Below are positions 11,401 through 24,011 of a stretch of DNA of 64,000 bases, one piece after another. The notes below the pieces were generated by a model. It was not told where the DNA came from. It did no database searches and worked only from the letters and a program-made list of their open reading frames with translations. Each line of letters starts with the position of its first letter. Positions within the stretch are counted from its first letter, which is position 1. The position numbers and the translations under genes are program-made. The DNA is from Narcine bancroftii (lineage: Eukaryota), in NCBI RefSeq assembly GCF_036971445.1, contig NC_091470.1:191394001-191458000 (forward strand). Reading direction: 5' to 3'.

Positions 11401-14400
11401 CAGCATCAAACAAGATTGAAACAGCAATGAAGTGGAAGCAAGGCCAACCCGACCGGCCTGGCACTGCTCCGCGNNNNNNNNNNNNNNNNNNNNNNNNNNN
11501 NNNNNNNNNNNNNNNNNNNNNNNNNNNNNNNNNNNNNNNNNNNNNNNNNNNNNNNNNNNNNNNNNNNNNNNNNNNNNNNNNNNNNNNNNNNNNNNNNNNN
11601 NNNNNNNNNNNNNNNNNNNNNNNNNNNNNNNNNNNNNNNNNNGTCTGTTCACGTTTATTGTGATAATTTAATGGAAAAGTACAACTGGACCAAACATGGT
11701 CCTTGGTGTAAAAACACGCAAACACGTGCAGACATAACACACAAATTTACAAGCAGTACCTTTATAAAAATAAATGAATTGTTTAATAAATAGTCGTGTC
11801 TGGGAGTGTTTGTATGAGCCGTTCAGCATTCTCCTGCCCGTGGGGAGAAGCTGGTCCTCCTGGATCTCTTCCCTGATAGGAGCAGCTGAAAGTTGCTGCG
11901 TGCAGGGTGGGAGGGGTCCCAAGTCACTCTGCGCACCCTCTTCCGACAATGATCCCGGTAGATCTCGTTGATGGTGGAGGGAGGGAGACCCCGGTGATCC
12001 TCGCTGCCACGCTTATGGGCCTGTAGATTGACCTCAGATCCATTTCTCTGCAGTAATGTCCCGCACTGTGATGCAGCCAGCCGGGACGCTCTCCATAGAG
12101 CTCCTGTGGAAGGTGATGGTCCCGCTTCAGTCTTCTCAGGAAATGCAGTCACTGTTGGACCTTCCTGACAAGTGAGGAGATGTTGAGGGCCCACAATAGG
12201 TCACTAGTTAAGGAACTTGCTGCTTTCCACTCTCTCACCTACAGAGTTATTGATGTGTAGTGGAGGGTTACACTTCTATTGGTAAGAAGTGCTTCCAGAG
12301 ACTCGTCATGGGGCACATCAAGTACCTTCTGCCTCCATCACTGGACCCCCCTGCAGTTCGCATACAACCCAACCAACTGTATGGACAATGACATCACCAC
12401 CACCTTCCATCTGGCCCTCACCTACTTGGATAACAAGGACTCGTATGTTTAATTCTGCTTATTGACTTCAGCTCAGCATTCAACACAATCACACCTCAGT
12501 ACCTGATGAGGAAGTTGGACCTGCTGGGTGTAAACACCTCCCTCTGCAATTGGATGCTTGACTTCCTGTAGGAGAGACCTCAAGCAGACCAGATTGGAAA
12601 CAGTACTTCCAAGACCATCACACTGAGCATGGGGCCCCCAGGGCACCTGGTTTGGAAGTGGTACCACCTCAGACCACAAGGTCCTGCAGAGGATAGTGAA
12701 GTCAGTGGAAAAGACCATTGGGGACCCTCTTCCTAGCATGGAGGATATCTACTACAGTCGATGCCAGCAGAAAGCAATAAATATTATGAAAGCCTCCACA
12801 TATATCATATATAAACTGTTCTCTCTTCTGCCACTGGCAGGAGGTACCGTAGCACTCGGGCCCTTTCCTCCCCAAGCCATCAGACTCCAGAACTCCCAGT
12901 TCAGATGTGCATCGTGTGCCATGGACTTTCAGTGAAAACATCTTAATACCTTAATATTTTAATGTGTTAACTGCTTTCCTACCTTATATCTATGCAATAT
13001 GTTCTGTAGTCCTGGAGAAGCACTATCTCGTCTTTATCATGTGAGCATGGTACGAACAATAAATAAAGTTGACTTGACTTGGTGGTTGTTCCTGGTTCCC
13101 CTAAAGTTCACGATCATCTCCTTCATCTTGTCCATGTTTAGACTGACGTTGTTACCCACCTACCATATCACAGATTTTCCATCTCTGTCGCGCGACTCAT
13201 CATTGTTGCTGATGAGGCCAGCGACTGTAGTGTCACCTTCAAACTTGATGACACTGCTGGAGCTGGATCTGGCCATGCAGTCATGGGTCAGTAGCATGAA
13301 CCGGAGTGGGCTGAGCTCACAGCCCTGAGGTGCATCAGTGCTCAGTGTGATGGTGTTCGACATTCTGCTACTGACCAGGACAGATGGTGTTCTTTCCATT
13401 AAGTAATAAATATAACATAAATCTAATTTTAAAAATTCTGCTACTGAACAGCCAAAAATATGATTCAAAAACAAATGAGATGTTAAACAGTCCTCAAAAC
13501 TAAAACTAAACATGTACCTTTTGAGGTTGACATAAAGTATGTGGAATTGTGGAGAGTGAAGACAGTTAGAACCATAGAAGACTACAGCACAGAAAACAGG
13601 CCATTTGGCCCTTCTAGTTTGTGCTAAAACATCATATCACTAGTCCCACTGACCTGCACCCAGTCCATAATCCTCCAGTCCTCTCCCATCCATGAATCTA
13701 TCCAATTTATTTTTAAAACATAAGAGTGAACCTGGATTTACCACATCAGATGGCAACTCGTTCCTCCGCTCACTGAGTGAAAATGTTCCCCCTAAACCTT
13801 TCTCCTTTCACCCTAAAGCCATGAGCTCTCATAGTAATGTCTCCTAATCTATGATCTAATCTGCCAAAGATTGCAATAGGATATTGATTGTTTGGGCAGG
13901 TGGGGAGCGGAATGATGGGATTTAATGCATAGAAATGTGAGGTGTGGCATTTGAGGAGGCCTAATGTGGGTAGGACCCACACTGAACGGTGGGGATCTGG
14001 GAAGTGTGGTAAACCGGAGAGATCTCGAGTACACGTACCTAATACCTTGCAAGTGGTGTCACAGGTAGATAGGGTGGTTAAAAAGGTTTTCAACACGCCA
14101 AGGTTCATAGTCAGCGTACTGAGTACAGAAGTTGAGAGGTTATGTTGCAGTTGTACAAGACATTGGTGAGTCCCCATTCGGAATATTGTGTTCAGTTTTG
14201 GTCACCATGCTACAGGAAAGTTGTTGTCAAGCTGGAGAAGGTGCTGAGAAGAGTTGCGAGGACTTTGCTGGGACTCAGGAGCCTGAGCTATGAAAGAGAT
14301 TGAGCCGGTTGGTGTTTTATTCCTTGGATTTCAGGAGGATGAGGCTAGAGGAGGAGCTGGGGAACGGGAAAGGTATGACCACACTCATGGGGTTGTACTA

Positions 14401-17400
14401 TAGATCACCCAATAGTCAGCAAGAATTGGAGGAGCAAATATATAGAGACATAGCAGACGGCAGCAGGAAACATAAAGTTGTGACTTTATTGAATGGAACT
14501 CCTACACTGTTAATGTGTTTAGAAAAGTTTTCATAATTGTTATATAGAGGTACCATCTGGAGAGAGTGCAACACTGGCTATCTGATTAGGGGCTGAAAGA
14601 GGAGAGGTGACAGAAGTATGTGTAAGGGAACATTTTGGGTCCAGTGATCGTAAGGCCATTGGTTTCAAATTAATTATGGAGAAGGATAGGTCTGGTCTCA
14701 GGTTGAGATTCCAAATTGGAGAAGGCCAATTTGAAGAAATGAGAAAGGATCTAGAATGTGTGGATTGGGATAAATTGATTACAGGCAAGGATGTGCAAGG
14801 TTAGTGGAAGTGCTTTAAAGGTGAAATTTTGAGAGTACAAAGTTTGTCTGTCCCTGTCAGGATTAAAGGCAAAGTTAACAGGCATAGGGATATTGGCGAT
14901 CTGGTTCAGAAGAGAGAGGTGTATAACAGGAATAGGTTCTTGAGGAGTATTAAAAAATGCAGGAACAAACTGAAGAAAGAAATCAGGAAGGCAAAAAGAA
15001 GACGTGAGGCTGATTTGGCAGACAATGTGAAGGAATATCCAAAGGGTTTCTACAGGTATATTAAGAGTAAACTGATTGTAAAAATTGGTCCTCTTGAGAT
15101 CAGAGTGGTCAGCTATGTATGGAGGCAAAAGAAATGGGGAAAGATGTTGTTTGCATCAATACTTACTCAGGAAACTGGCACAGAGTCATGGGAAGTTAGG
15201 AAAACAAGCAGTGAGATTATGGAACTGATACAGATTAAAGAGGAAGTGCTTGCTGTCTTAAGGCAAATAAAGATGGATAAATCCCCTAGGGCCTGACAAG
15301 ATATTACCTCAGGCCTTGAGGGAGCGAGTGTAGGAATTGCAGGGGCTCTGGCAGAAATGTTTAAAATGTCCTTAACCACATGTGGTACAAGAAGATTGGA
15401 AGGTAACTCACATTGCTTAAAAAATACCCCAAAGGTTATCTTGGAAATTACAGGCCAGTGAAGCTGATGCCAGTAGTAGGTAAATTATTGGAAGGTGTTC
15501 TAAGAGATCAGAAATACAAGTATTTGGATAGGCAGGGATTGACTGATTAGGGATAGTTAGCGTGGCTTTGTGCATAGTAGGTCATGTTTAACCATTTTTA
15601 CAGAGTTTTTCGATGCAGTTTCCAGGAAAGTTGATAAAGGAAAAGCTGTGAATGTTGTTTACGTGTGCTTTAGTAAGGCCTTTGACAAGGTCGAACGTGG
15701 TAAGTTAGTCAGGAAGGTTTAGACGCTCCAGTCCGGAGCAGGACTAGTCCTGGGGAGGTCAACCAGGATGGCAGCATTGTTCCCAGTGCGGACTTCTTGG
15801 GGAAGCAAAACATTTTTACACATGGCATGGTGTTAATGCTGCACACAGGACGGATCTAATCATGTGGAGCACCTCAGGGAGGACCTCCTGGCAATGGGAA
15901 ATGGGTAAGCCTTTTGATTTCAAGGCTAAGAGGACTGCCTTCCGAATGGTGGCATTCTCCCATTCCATCAGGCTGTTCCCCCAGGGGTTATAGCTGGTGT
16001 TTCTATTGGTGGTGATACCCTGTGCCAAAAGGTACTGGTGAAGGAGGACCCCCAATCGCTTTTGATGTAGCTTGGGAACCCGAATAGAGTAAAGATGTTG
16101 TACAGTGTCTTTATGACTATGGCCTCATGTATGTTTGGGACCGCCAGTCCAGATGATGATTCTTCATGGACACAGGAGCAGAGGTGAGCATCCTGCTCCC
16201 ATTGGGACAAGACATCAGGAACAGGAAGTCGGGCCCCATGCTGAGGGCTGGCAACAAAAGTATGATTTGGACCAACTGTGCCTGCAAGATCCAACTGCAG
16301 TTGGGAGGCAGCCTCTTCTCATGGGTGTTCACGCTGGCCGCAGTGGAACAGCTGCCCTTCCAGGCAGACTTTCTGCTTGCCCACAGTCTGCTTCTGGACC
16401 TCAAGGGAAGGAGATTGGTCCATGCCAAGACTTTTCAAACCTTCCCCCTCAAAGATGCCAGGCTCCCAGCATTCCACCTGAACTTTGGGCAGTGATCAAC
16501 CAACAAATATGCCAGAGTCCTGGCAGAATTGCCTGCAGTGCTTGCCCCAATTCACCACGGTAATGCCCCGACATGGAGTACAGCACCAAATCCTGACCCT
16601 TGTCCCACCGCTTCACACAAGGGCAAGACGCCTTCCTCTGGAGCACCTCCAGCTGGCAAAGGAGGAATTCAGGAGGCAGGAGGAGCTCGCCATCATGCGG
16701 CATTTGGACAGCCCAGGAGTCTCCTGCACATGGTATCCAAAGCAACTGGGGCTGGAGAGCATGTGTCAACTACTGCCAGCTCAACAAGGCCACAACATCA
16801 GATCTGTATCCCATGCTGCACATTCAGTAATGTGGCAAACCTGCATTGGGCAAGGATCTTTTCCAAAGTTGACCACGTGCGGGGACATCATCAGATCTCG
16901 CCACACCATGATGATATCCCCAACACTGCCATCATCATCCCATTCAGCCTCTTGGAATTCCTCCAAATGCTGTTTGGGCTAAATAACGCTGCACAGACCT
17001 TCCAGCAACTCATGGACACAGTGGGCCGAGGCCTGGATGGCACCTTTGTGTACCTGGATGACTTCCTGGTGGAGAGCAGGAACCAACAGGAGCATATGGT
17101 GCACCTCCACAACCTCTACATCTGATTGAGCGAGTTCAGCCTGACGATCAACCCAGCCAAATACCAGTTTGGATTGGAGGCCATTGACTTCCTGGGCCAC
17201 AGGATAGCCAGGGAAGGAGCCACACCACTACCCAGCAAAGTGGAGGCCATCTGGTAGTTGCCCAGATGCAACTGGGTAGATGAGCTACCAAGGTACCCAA
17301 GGAGGATCTGAACACCTCTTCAATCTAACTATGGAGCTCCACTGGTGGTCTTGGTAGAATTCATACCATCACCGGGCAGATGCAAGATGATTCTGCAGCA

Positions 17401-20400
17401 TTCCTCAGCAAGCTAAGAGAAAGAGTTGGCAATCTGGCCCTGATTCCATCTTCCAGGAATGAACATGTGAGGACATTAGCAGGGGTCTACATTGTCCACC
17501 ACTTCAGAAGCCATATGAGGGTCCGTTCCAGGTCATCCACAACAAAGGGGCCACATTTCAGCTGGAGGTTGGAGGCAAGATGGAGGTCTTCATCACAGAC
17601 AGGCTGAAGCTGGCACAGCTAAACCCAATGTACCTTGTCAAGACACCAGCAACATGCCAAAAAGCCAGGTCACTGAAGGACAACACCGTCTGTTCTTGGG
17701 GTGGGGTTTCATGTGACAGCACACTGTTGCAGCAATTGATCCAGTGCTCCGGATGGTGAACACAACTAAACGCCAGCAGCCCACACAGCAACACTGACCC
17801 CAACAAGTGAACTGGCATGGGAAAGGCAAGGGCAGCTTAAAGGCAAGTGACCCCAAAATAGTGCTGGCCTTGCTGCGCAGCCAACAGACAGGGACAGCGC
17901 AGAGGAAAGAAGGCATTGTTATGCAGTAAAGTGCCCGCATGTGGGAAACCTGCTTTTGTTATGCATGTTGTGACGTCAGCCAAGGGAGGAGGGGGGCGCA
18001 GCGGGAACAGTGCAAATATAAAAGTCAGGCTTGAGCCCTAATAATGAGCTTAACCTGACTACACTACGTGTGTGTGTCTTCTTTCGATAGGTGCACAGCT
18101 ACAAAAGAATGATAAATTCTGTAATCCAAGATTTAAATCCTACACATTGGAGAAATTGTTTGCAAGATTATCTGAAGCAAACTTAACTGTCAATTTAACT
18201 AAAAGTGAATTTGGGCATGCCACTGTGACATACTTAGGACATGAAAATGATCAGGGCAAAGTTGCACTATTCAAGTGAAAATGCAGGTGATTTCTTGAAT
18301 TCCCCATTCCCAATGGCAAGAAAGAAGTGAGAAGGGATTTAGGAATGATAGGAAGTTTTGCAAGAATTTTGCAGAAATTGGTTAAAGGAAGACCAATCTT
18401 TTGAAGAATGGTGAGAAATTTGTAGACAAAATCTGGTCAAGAGTTGTAGAAAATTTAAACCAGATATTGTGCCATAACCCTGGCACTGATTCCAAGACAG
18501 GCAATGAAAATCAAAAAAAATGATTCTATCATCAAAAGAACCATTGTCCCTTGTATTGGCTTTGCAGCACTTTGATGTTTATATCCGCACAGCTCAGGGA
18601 CCGATTATTATGTATGTGGACCATAATCTCTTGGTGTTCTTAAGTAAGATGAAAAACAAAAATAGAAGATTATTAAACTGGAGTTTAATTCTGCAAGAAT
18701 ATAATTTAATGATAACTTTATTAGGGAATTCCAGGGGGAGGAGTCACACAGATACAGTACTAATGGCATAACAGCATCACTGTGGTATCACCACTCTAGG
18801 ATGTTGCCAGGTCTTTGGGATCAGAGTCAGAGGTATTTTGAATTATGAGGGGTATAGACTGTAAATGTAAATAAGCTTTTTCCACTAAGGGGTAGGCGAG
18901 ATACAAATCAGAGGACATGGATTAAGGGTGAAAGGAGAAAAATGTAAGGGGAACATTTGTGTGAACTTCACACAGAGAGTGGAACGAGTTCCGAGCTGAA
19001 GTGGTGAATGAAGACTCAATTTTCACATTTAAGAAGAATTTGGACAGGTACATGGATGGAAGGGGTATGGAAGCTATGGGCTGGATGCCAGTCAGTGGGA
19101 CTAGGCAGAAAATAGTTTGGCACAGATTAGAAAGGCCAAAGGGCTGTAATGTTCTTTGGTTCCCTCTCTTTGATCTGTATAAAATCATGAGAGGAATAGA
19201 TGGGGTAAATGGTGAAAGTAGGGGAATCAGTAACCAGACACAGGTTTAAAACTGGGAGGGAGAGATTTAACAAAAACACGAGGGTAACCTTTTTATATAG
19301 AGGGTGGTGGCTGAATGTAATGGGCAGCTGGACAAGGTAGTTGAGGCAGGTACTATTGTAATATTTAGGAAAGAAATGGACAGAATGAGATCTGGACTTG
19401 GCAAATGTGGGTGGGACATTTTGTCCAAATTCAATATGTGCCCTTTGAGCCCAATGGCCCTTATGGGTACCTCTCATTATTGTACAAACCTCCTTTCTGA
19501 TGTTATGGTCCCCCCCCCCCCCCCCACCCCTCAGCATTTCAAATGATCCAGGTAGAAAAAGCTTTCTTCTCTGAGGTTTGGTGAGGCAAGAACTAGAGGA
19601 TGTGGGTTTAGGGTGAAAGGGGAAGTGTTTAGGGAGAACATTAGAAGGAACTTCTTCACACAGAGAGTGGTGGTGGGAGTGTGGAACAATTTGCCAGCTC
19701 GAATGGTGAATGTAGGCACAATTTTGACATTTTTAAAGTTTGGATATGTACATGGATGGGAGGGGTTCAGAGAGCTATGGTCAGATACAAGTCAATGGGA
19801 TGGAGAAAAATAATAGTTTGGCAAAGACTAGATGGGCCAAAGGGCCTGTTTCCATGCTGTGCTATAGTTCTATGTCACAACCTCTCTAGGCTCAGGAACG
19901 TGGTCCTGAATCTTTCCTGCTCCGTGTGCAGTTTAATAACATCCTTCCTATAACAAGACGACCAGAACTGTACATAATACCCGAAATGTTGCCTTGCTAA
20001 TGACCGTCACCATGCAGCACACCCTCTGTTCTCACTGCTGGCACCAGGAAAGAGGTTCCGGTGCCACAAGACTCGCCCCACCAGGTACAGGAACAGCCGC
20101 TCACCCTCCACCGTCAAACTCCTCAACGACAAACTCAATCAGGGACTCGTTTAAGGACTCTTACTTGTGCACTTTACTGATTTATTTTCTCTCTGTTTTG
20201 TACATTTACATTCACTGTCCATTTACAGTTCTTTATTTGTTTACATATTCATGCTATGTACAGTTTAGTTTTTCTCTGCCAATAAGTGGGAATTCTGCCA
20301 TGCCTGCAGGAAAAATAATCTCAGGGCTGTATGTGATGTCATGTATGTACTCTGACAATAAATCTGAAAATGTCTTCCTACACCTGTAACAGGATGTCCT

Positions 20401-23400
20401 TGCTCCTGTACTCAATACCCTGACCAACCAAGGCCAAATGTCTTATTCCCCACCCAGTCCATCTGTAGTCACCACTTTCAGGGAAAGTACCAAACTCCAC
20501 AGGGCCCCTCCATTTACTGTATACATCCTGCCTTGGTGTGACTTACCAAAATGAAACACTTCCCACTGATCCAAATCATTCCTCAGTCCACTGGCTCAGT
20601 TGGTGACATCCTGTTGTAATCTTAGATAACGTTCCTCACTGTACCATCGATTTTGGTCTCGTCCGCAAATTTACTAACCACCTCAACAGCATTTTCATCC
20701 AGTCTTCAAACATGGTAAACCCAAATATTACACCAGTACCTCAGAATTTAACACTGATAAACCTGGAGATCATCATGGACTAGAACTTCAGGGAGGTGGC
20801 CAGGGTGCTGGGTGACTACCAAGAGGGGTGTCGAGGGGGAGCAGAGAGAATCATCACCCTCAGTAATACATGGAGTGCTTTCGACCTGGCTGTGGGGTTG
20901 ACCATTCAGGGGAGGACAGCTCACAATAAACTTGAGGAACAACATGTCAGAATCCTCCTGGACCTCTTTCCGAGAGTCTTCAGACAGCTTCACTGTGTCT
21001 GCGTGTCGCTACCAAGTCCGTGAGGCACTAATCGGCCATAATCAGAATGTCTTTTCATGAATTCATGTCCCGAAATTCGTTGGTTTGCAACAGCACGATA
21101 ACGGGCCCTTTTTCGGCCCACGAATCCGTCCTGTCCAATTTACACCCCATTAACCTACACCCCCGGTACGTTTCGAAACCGGAGCCCCCGGGGAAAACCC
21201 ACGCGAGGACGGCCTTGCAGACTGCGCAGGATTCGAACCCACCGTCCCTATCGCTGGCGCTGTAAAGGCGTTGCACTAATCTCGACATCAACCGTCCCGC
21301 CCTGTACTGTGATTTACGGGTCCAAAGATGGCTATAAATTACATCTCCGTAAATACACAATTTTTTTTTAAAAAAACCTCTAAATTGATGTAAGATAAAG
21401 TGGATAGCGTCTGTGGTTGATTGTCCATAGGAAAATATGATGGCAGAGGGGGAAGAAGCTGTCCTTGTGCCGCTGGGTGTTCGGCTTCAGGCTCCTGTAC
21501 CCCCTTCCTGGATGGGGAGGGTCGATGACAGAAGCTGCTTTCTTAAGACCCTGCCTCTTGTAGATGTCCTGAATGGACATAAATCATCACACGCGGAATA
21601 GATTTCCGATCGAACCCATTCTCCGTGTGGGGAATGTTTCCCAATTTAACCCTGAGGGACCTGCTTTCATCCTGTGACCGCACCCTGGACTCCCCAACCT
21701 GGGGGAGTCAAATCCCTCCCAGTTCCCCTGCCTGTGTTGGATACTACATCTACTACAGGAGCATCAAAGTCAGGGCTACCAGGCTGGGAAATAGCATATT
21801 TTATATAAATAAATCATATATTTGTACCTGTATACTGTGTGTGTGTGCGCGCGTCCAGTGGTCCGGAAAAACGTTGTTTCTTCGGCTTGTATGCGTGCAG
21901 TGAGAGATGATCTCTGTCCTGAACTTGAACAGAGTCCGTGAGGACAGCTGCTGTTTCTGCGTCTCCGATCACGCTTTAACTGGAGTCCGTCGGTGGTTGC
22001 GCTGAATGGGAACTGCACTCCGTCCAGGGACATGACAGCCTTCCCACGGCGCAGGGTCGGACCCGCTCCCAAGTCCAGCCCCAGTTTGCGGACGGGACTT
22101 GCCGCTAATCCCGGGTATCACTGTCGAGGAACCCCCCCACCCCGGCCGGCGACATCAGTGGTGTCGGCGCACGGGCTCAAACCCCTCCACTTCTCTCCCC
22201 CGGGTGCGGCCTGGGCACCCGCTCCCACACACGGTGCGCTTCTTTCGCCCCCCCCCCCCCCACAGGGTCATCGGTGACCAAGCACACGCCCTCCCGGTGT
22301 GAAATGTACCCATCTGACCACACCCGGTCCTAATTCCCGACACCTCCACCAACCAGCGAGATGACCACGGTCTCCTCTATTCCGAGGTCAAACAGACGCT
22401 GAGGTCGAATGCAACGCACATGGGAGAAAGAGCAGCGTCCGCAGGAAGTTACGGGTAACCAATGGTTCGGGCCCGAGCCCTTCATCAAGTGTGAGCAAAA
22501 ATAGGCAGGTGCGGGTGTTGAGTTTTGGGCGGCAGCTGGTGGTTTTATTTGAAATCTGTTTCACGGATGGAAAGAGAGGAGAGCGAGAAGGGGGAGGGGA
22601 GAGGGAGAGAGAGAAAGGGGAGGAGAGCGAGAAGGGGGAGAGAGAAAGGGGAGGGGGAGGGAGAGACTGATTATTTGGGGTCTGAAAGCTCTTTGAAAAA
22701 GAGGTGGAGAGGAGAGAGGAAGGGGTGGAACAGGAACGCAGTAGGTCTCGCAGAGTCCAGAGGAAGTAAAGATTGAAAACCGATATTTCGGGCTGAGATT
22801 TCAAGGTTTGAGTAAAAAGCAGGGAGGCATGGGGAGGGGAAGGAGCCCAGACGAACAGGTAGAGGATAGAAAAGTTCTCTGGTGGGAAGGAGACAGAGGG
22901 ATTGGGAAAGAGCGAGACAGAAGCCGGAGAAGTCGATGTTAATGCTGCCGCTCGGCAGCGCTTGAGTTGTCGTTGTGGGAATGGGGTGTGGATTTAAAAT
23001 AAAAACACAATGCTGGAGAAACTCAGCCGGTCAAACCGTGTCCTTTATAGGTAAAAATAGATGACCTGCGTTTCGAACTTGAGCCCTTCAACAAAGTTTT
23101 ACTACCGTGGATTTAAAATGCTTGGCCGCTAGGAGATTCATGCTCTTGCGGCGGACAGAGTGAAGGTGCTCAGCGAAGCCATCTCCCAGTCTGTCCGATG
23201 TAAACGGGACCATCGAGGGAGCACCGGGTGCAGTCGATGAGCCGCGCAGATTCACAAGGGAAGCGTTGCCTCACTTGGAAGGGCTGGTGAGGGAGGAGTC
23301 GTGGGCACAAATGGAGCAGATCTGAAGGGGGATTAATAAGAGGGGGGGGGTGACTGGACAGAGGATAGCTAGTGAGGGAAGATTGGTGGGAAGGAGTTAG

Positions 23401-23785
23401 TGGACTTCTGTATTCCCCGGGGTTGTCGACTGTGAATAGCACACTCACGCCGGCTCCCCAAGAGCGACTCAACTCTCTCACCGCTGATGCGCTAATGTCT
23501 CAGAACCTTCGGCTTCCCTCTCGCTCGCCTCTCATACCAACCCGAGACTTTAGTGCATAATGTTTCAATATAAACGGAGAGCGAGCACGGAGGGTGCCCT
23601 GCCAGAACAGCACACTGACCCGCTGAGGTCACTTCTCGGTAGAAAGCCCGTGGACCGAACCAGGGTCAGGCTTTATTAATGATCCCAGAGAGAGAAATGC
23701 TCCTGTTTAACAACTCACATTTTCCAGCCCAGGCTCCACCTATTAACGCCATCGCCAGCACCGAGAGGTAACTCCCAGCTCCCAT
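5353..23785 (-). CDS. MHC-IIA: MHC class II alpha chain, 4 coding exons: 23785-23719, 11198-10950, 9297-9016, 5498-5353 (247 aa)
   Basis: Spliced [37 protein letters not shown]...[48 protein letters not shown]...[66 protein letters not shown]. All introns are GT-AG phase 1; exon sizes 67/249/282/146 sum to 744 nt in frame. Caveat: an N gap lies in intron 1. Confidence 0.93.
9016..9297 (-). CDS. MHC-IIA: MHC IIA exon 3 (alpha-2 C1-Ig domain)
   Basis: Acceptor cccacAG, donor GTCAGT; 282 bp (canonical size); [32 protein letters not shown] motifs. Confidence 0.97.
9410..10165 (+). mobile_element. CR1 LINE 3' fragment (intron 2)
   Basis: [21 protein letters not shown] and typical CR1 3' UTR. Confidence 0.8.
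10490..10915. repeat. G-rich minisatellite in intron 2 adjoining exon 2
   Basis: Repeated GGGTGGGTGGGGAGGGATCTGG / GGGGTCTGGGAGGG units. Confidence 0.8.
10950..11198 (-). CDS. MHC-IIA: MHC IIA exon 2 (alpha-1 peptide-binding domain)
   Basis: Acceptor ccccacAG (11199-11200), donor GTGAGA (10949); [28 protein letters not shown] matches the class II alpha-1 DGDE..Y.DF..KE...R.PEF motif; 249 bp. Confidence 0.96.
11474..11642. other. Assembly gap (169 N)
   Basis: Run of N within intron 1 of MHC IIA. Confidence 1.
11650..13400. mobile_element. Cluster of Rex1/Babar LINE fragments in both orientations
   Basis: [18 protein letters not shown] (+, about 12340-12500) with 3' tail aataaagttgacttgactt; [22 protein letters not shown] (-, 13081-13400); minus-strand 3' end 11650-12260. 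Confidence 0.75.
14350..15725 (+). mobile_element. CR1 LINE ORF2 fragment (EN-RT)
   Basis: [45 protein letters not shown] remnants. Confidence 0.85.
15770..16140 (-). mobile_element. Gypsy integrase fragment
   Basis: [19 protein letters not shown] and [18 protein letters not shown] rve-like remnants. Confidence 0.7.
16140..18103 (+). mobile_element. Degenerate Gypsy pol fragment plus 3' LTR (intron 1)
   Basis: DTGAEVS protease, [28 protein letters not shown] with frameshifts; LTR-like segment about 17712-18103 ending GCTACA. Confidence 0.8.
18110..18720 (+). mobile_element. Gypsy RT/RNase H fragment
   Basis: [22 protein letters not shown]; [27 protein letters not shown]; a related fragment lies at about 40670-40960. 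Confidence 0.7.
21065..21305 (-). mobile_element. tRNA-derived SINE
   Basis: B box GGTTCGAATCC and conserved core gcgtgggttttccccgggggctccggtttc; related copies at about 8165-8360 (+), 39760-39990 (-), 56390-56560 (-). Confidence 0.7.
22385..23330 (-). mobile_element. Penelope-like element remnant (GIY-YIG end plus tandem terminal repeats)
   Basis: [39 protein letters not shown] motif (23290-23180), NIDFSGF ORF end (about 22930), repeated TGATGAAGGG..CCCGAA motifs. Confidence 0.7.
23719..23785 (-). CDS. MHC-IIA: MHC IIA exon 1 (signal peptide)
   Basis: aggATGG start; hydrophobic leader [22 protein letters not shown]; donor T|GTGAGT at 23718; T+AC gives Tyr, so the junction reads WAGKY, as I recall for shark class II alpha leaders; lies about 185 bp downstream of an X-Y promoter. 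Confidence 0.88.
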
Positions 23786-23968
23786 CCTCGGTCTCCTGTG
23801 GCTCGCAAATTTCCCGCGGCCGCTCTTCACCCAGCGGCGTCCGCTCGTTCAGGACACCGGCTTCTCTCTGGAAGTCAAGTCTCACTCACTTCACCAAAAA
23901 CCACGGACTGTGATGGGCAGGTGGACGAGGGTTGCGGAGCCCATCCCTGATGGGGTTGGGTGAGGGTG

Positions 23969-24011
23969 AGCCAATCGCACGCTGCGCTTCGCCGCGTCAG
24001 CTGTTTCCTGG
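23969..24011 (-). promoter_or_regulatory. MHC II proximal promoter X1/X2/Y module
   Basis: Minus strand CCAGGAAACAGCTG (X1, RFX-like), overlapping TGACGCGG (X2, CRE-like), 19 bp spacer, then GCGATTGGCT (Y, inverted CCAAT); canonical order and spacing upstream of exon 1. Confidence 0.88.

Noticed and set aside
21225-21300. tRNA gene (GGTTCGAATCC B box)
   Set aside because: It is the head of a tRNA-derived SINE followed by the SINE core; no complete cloverleaf.
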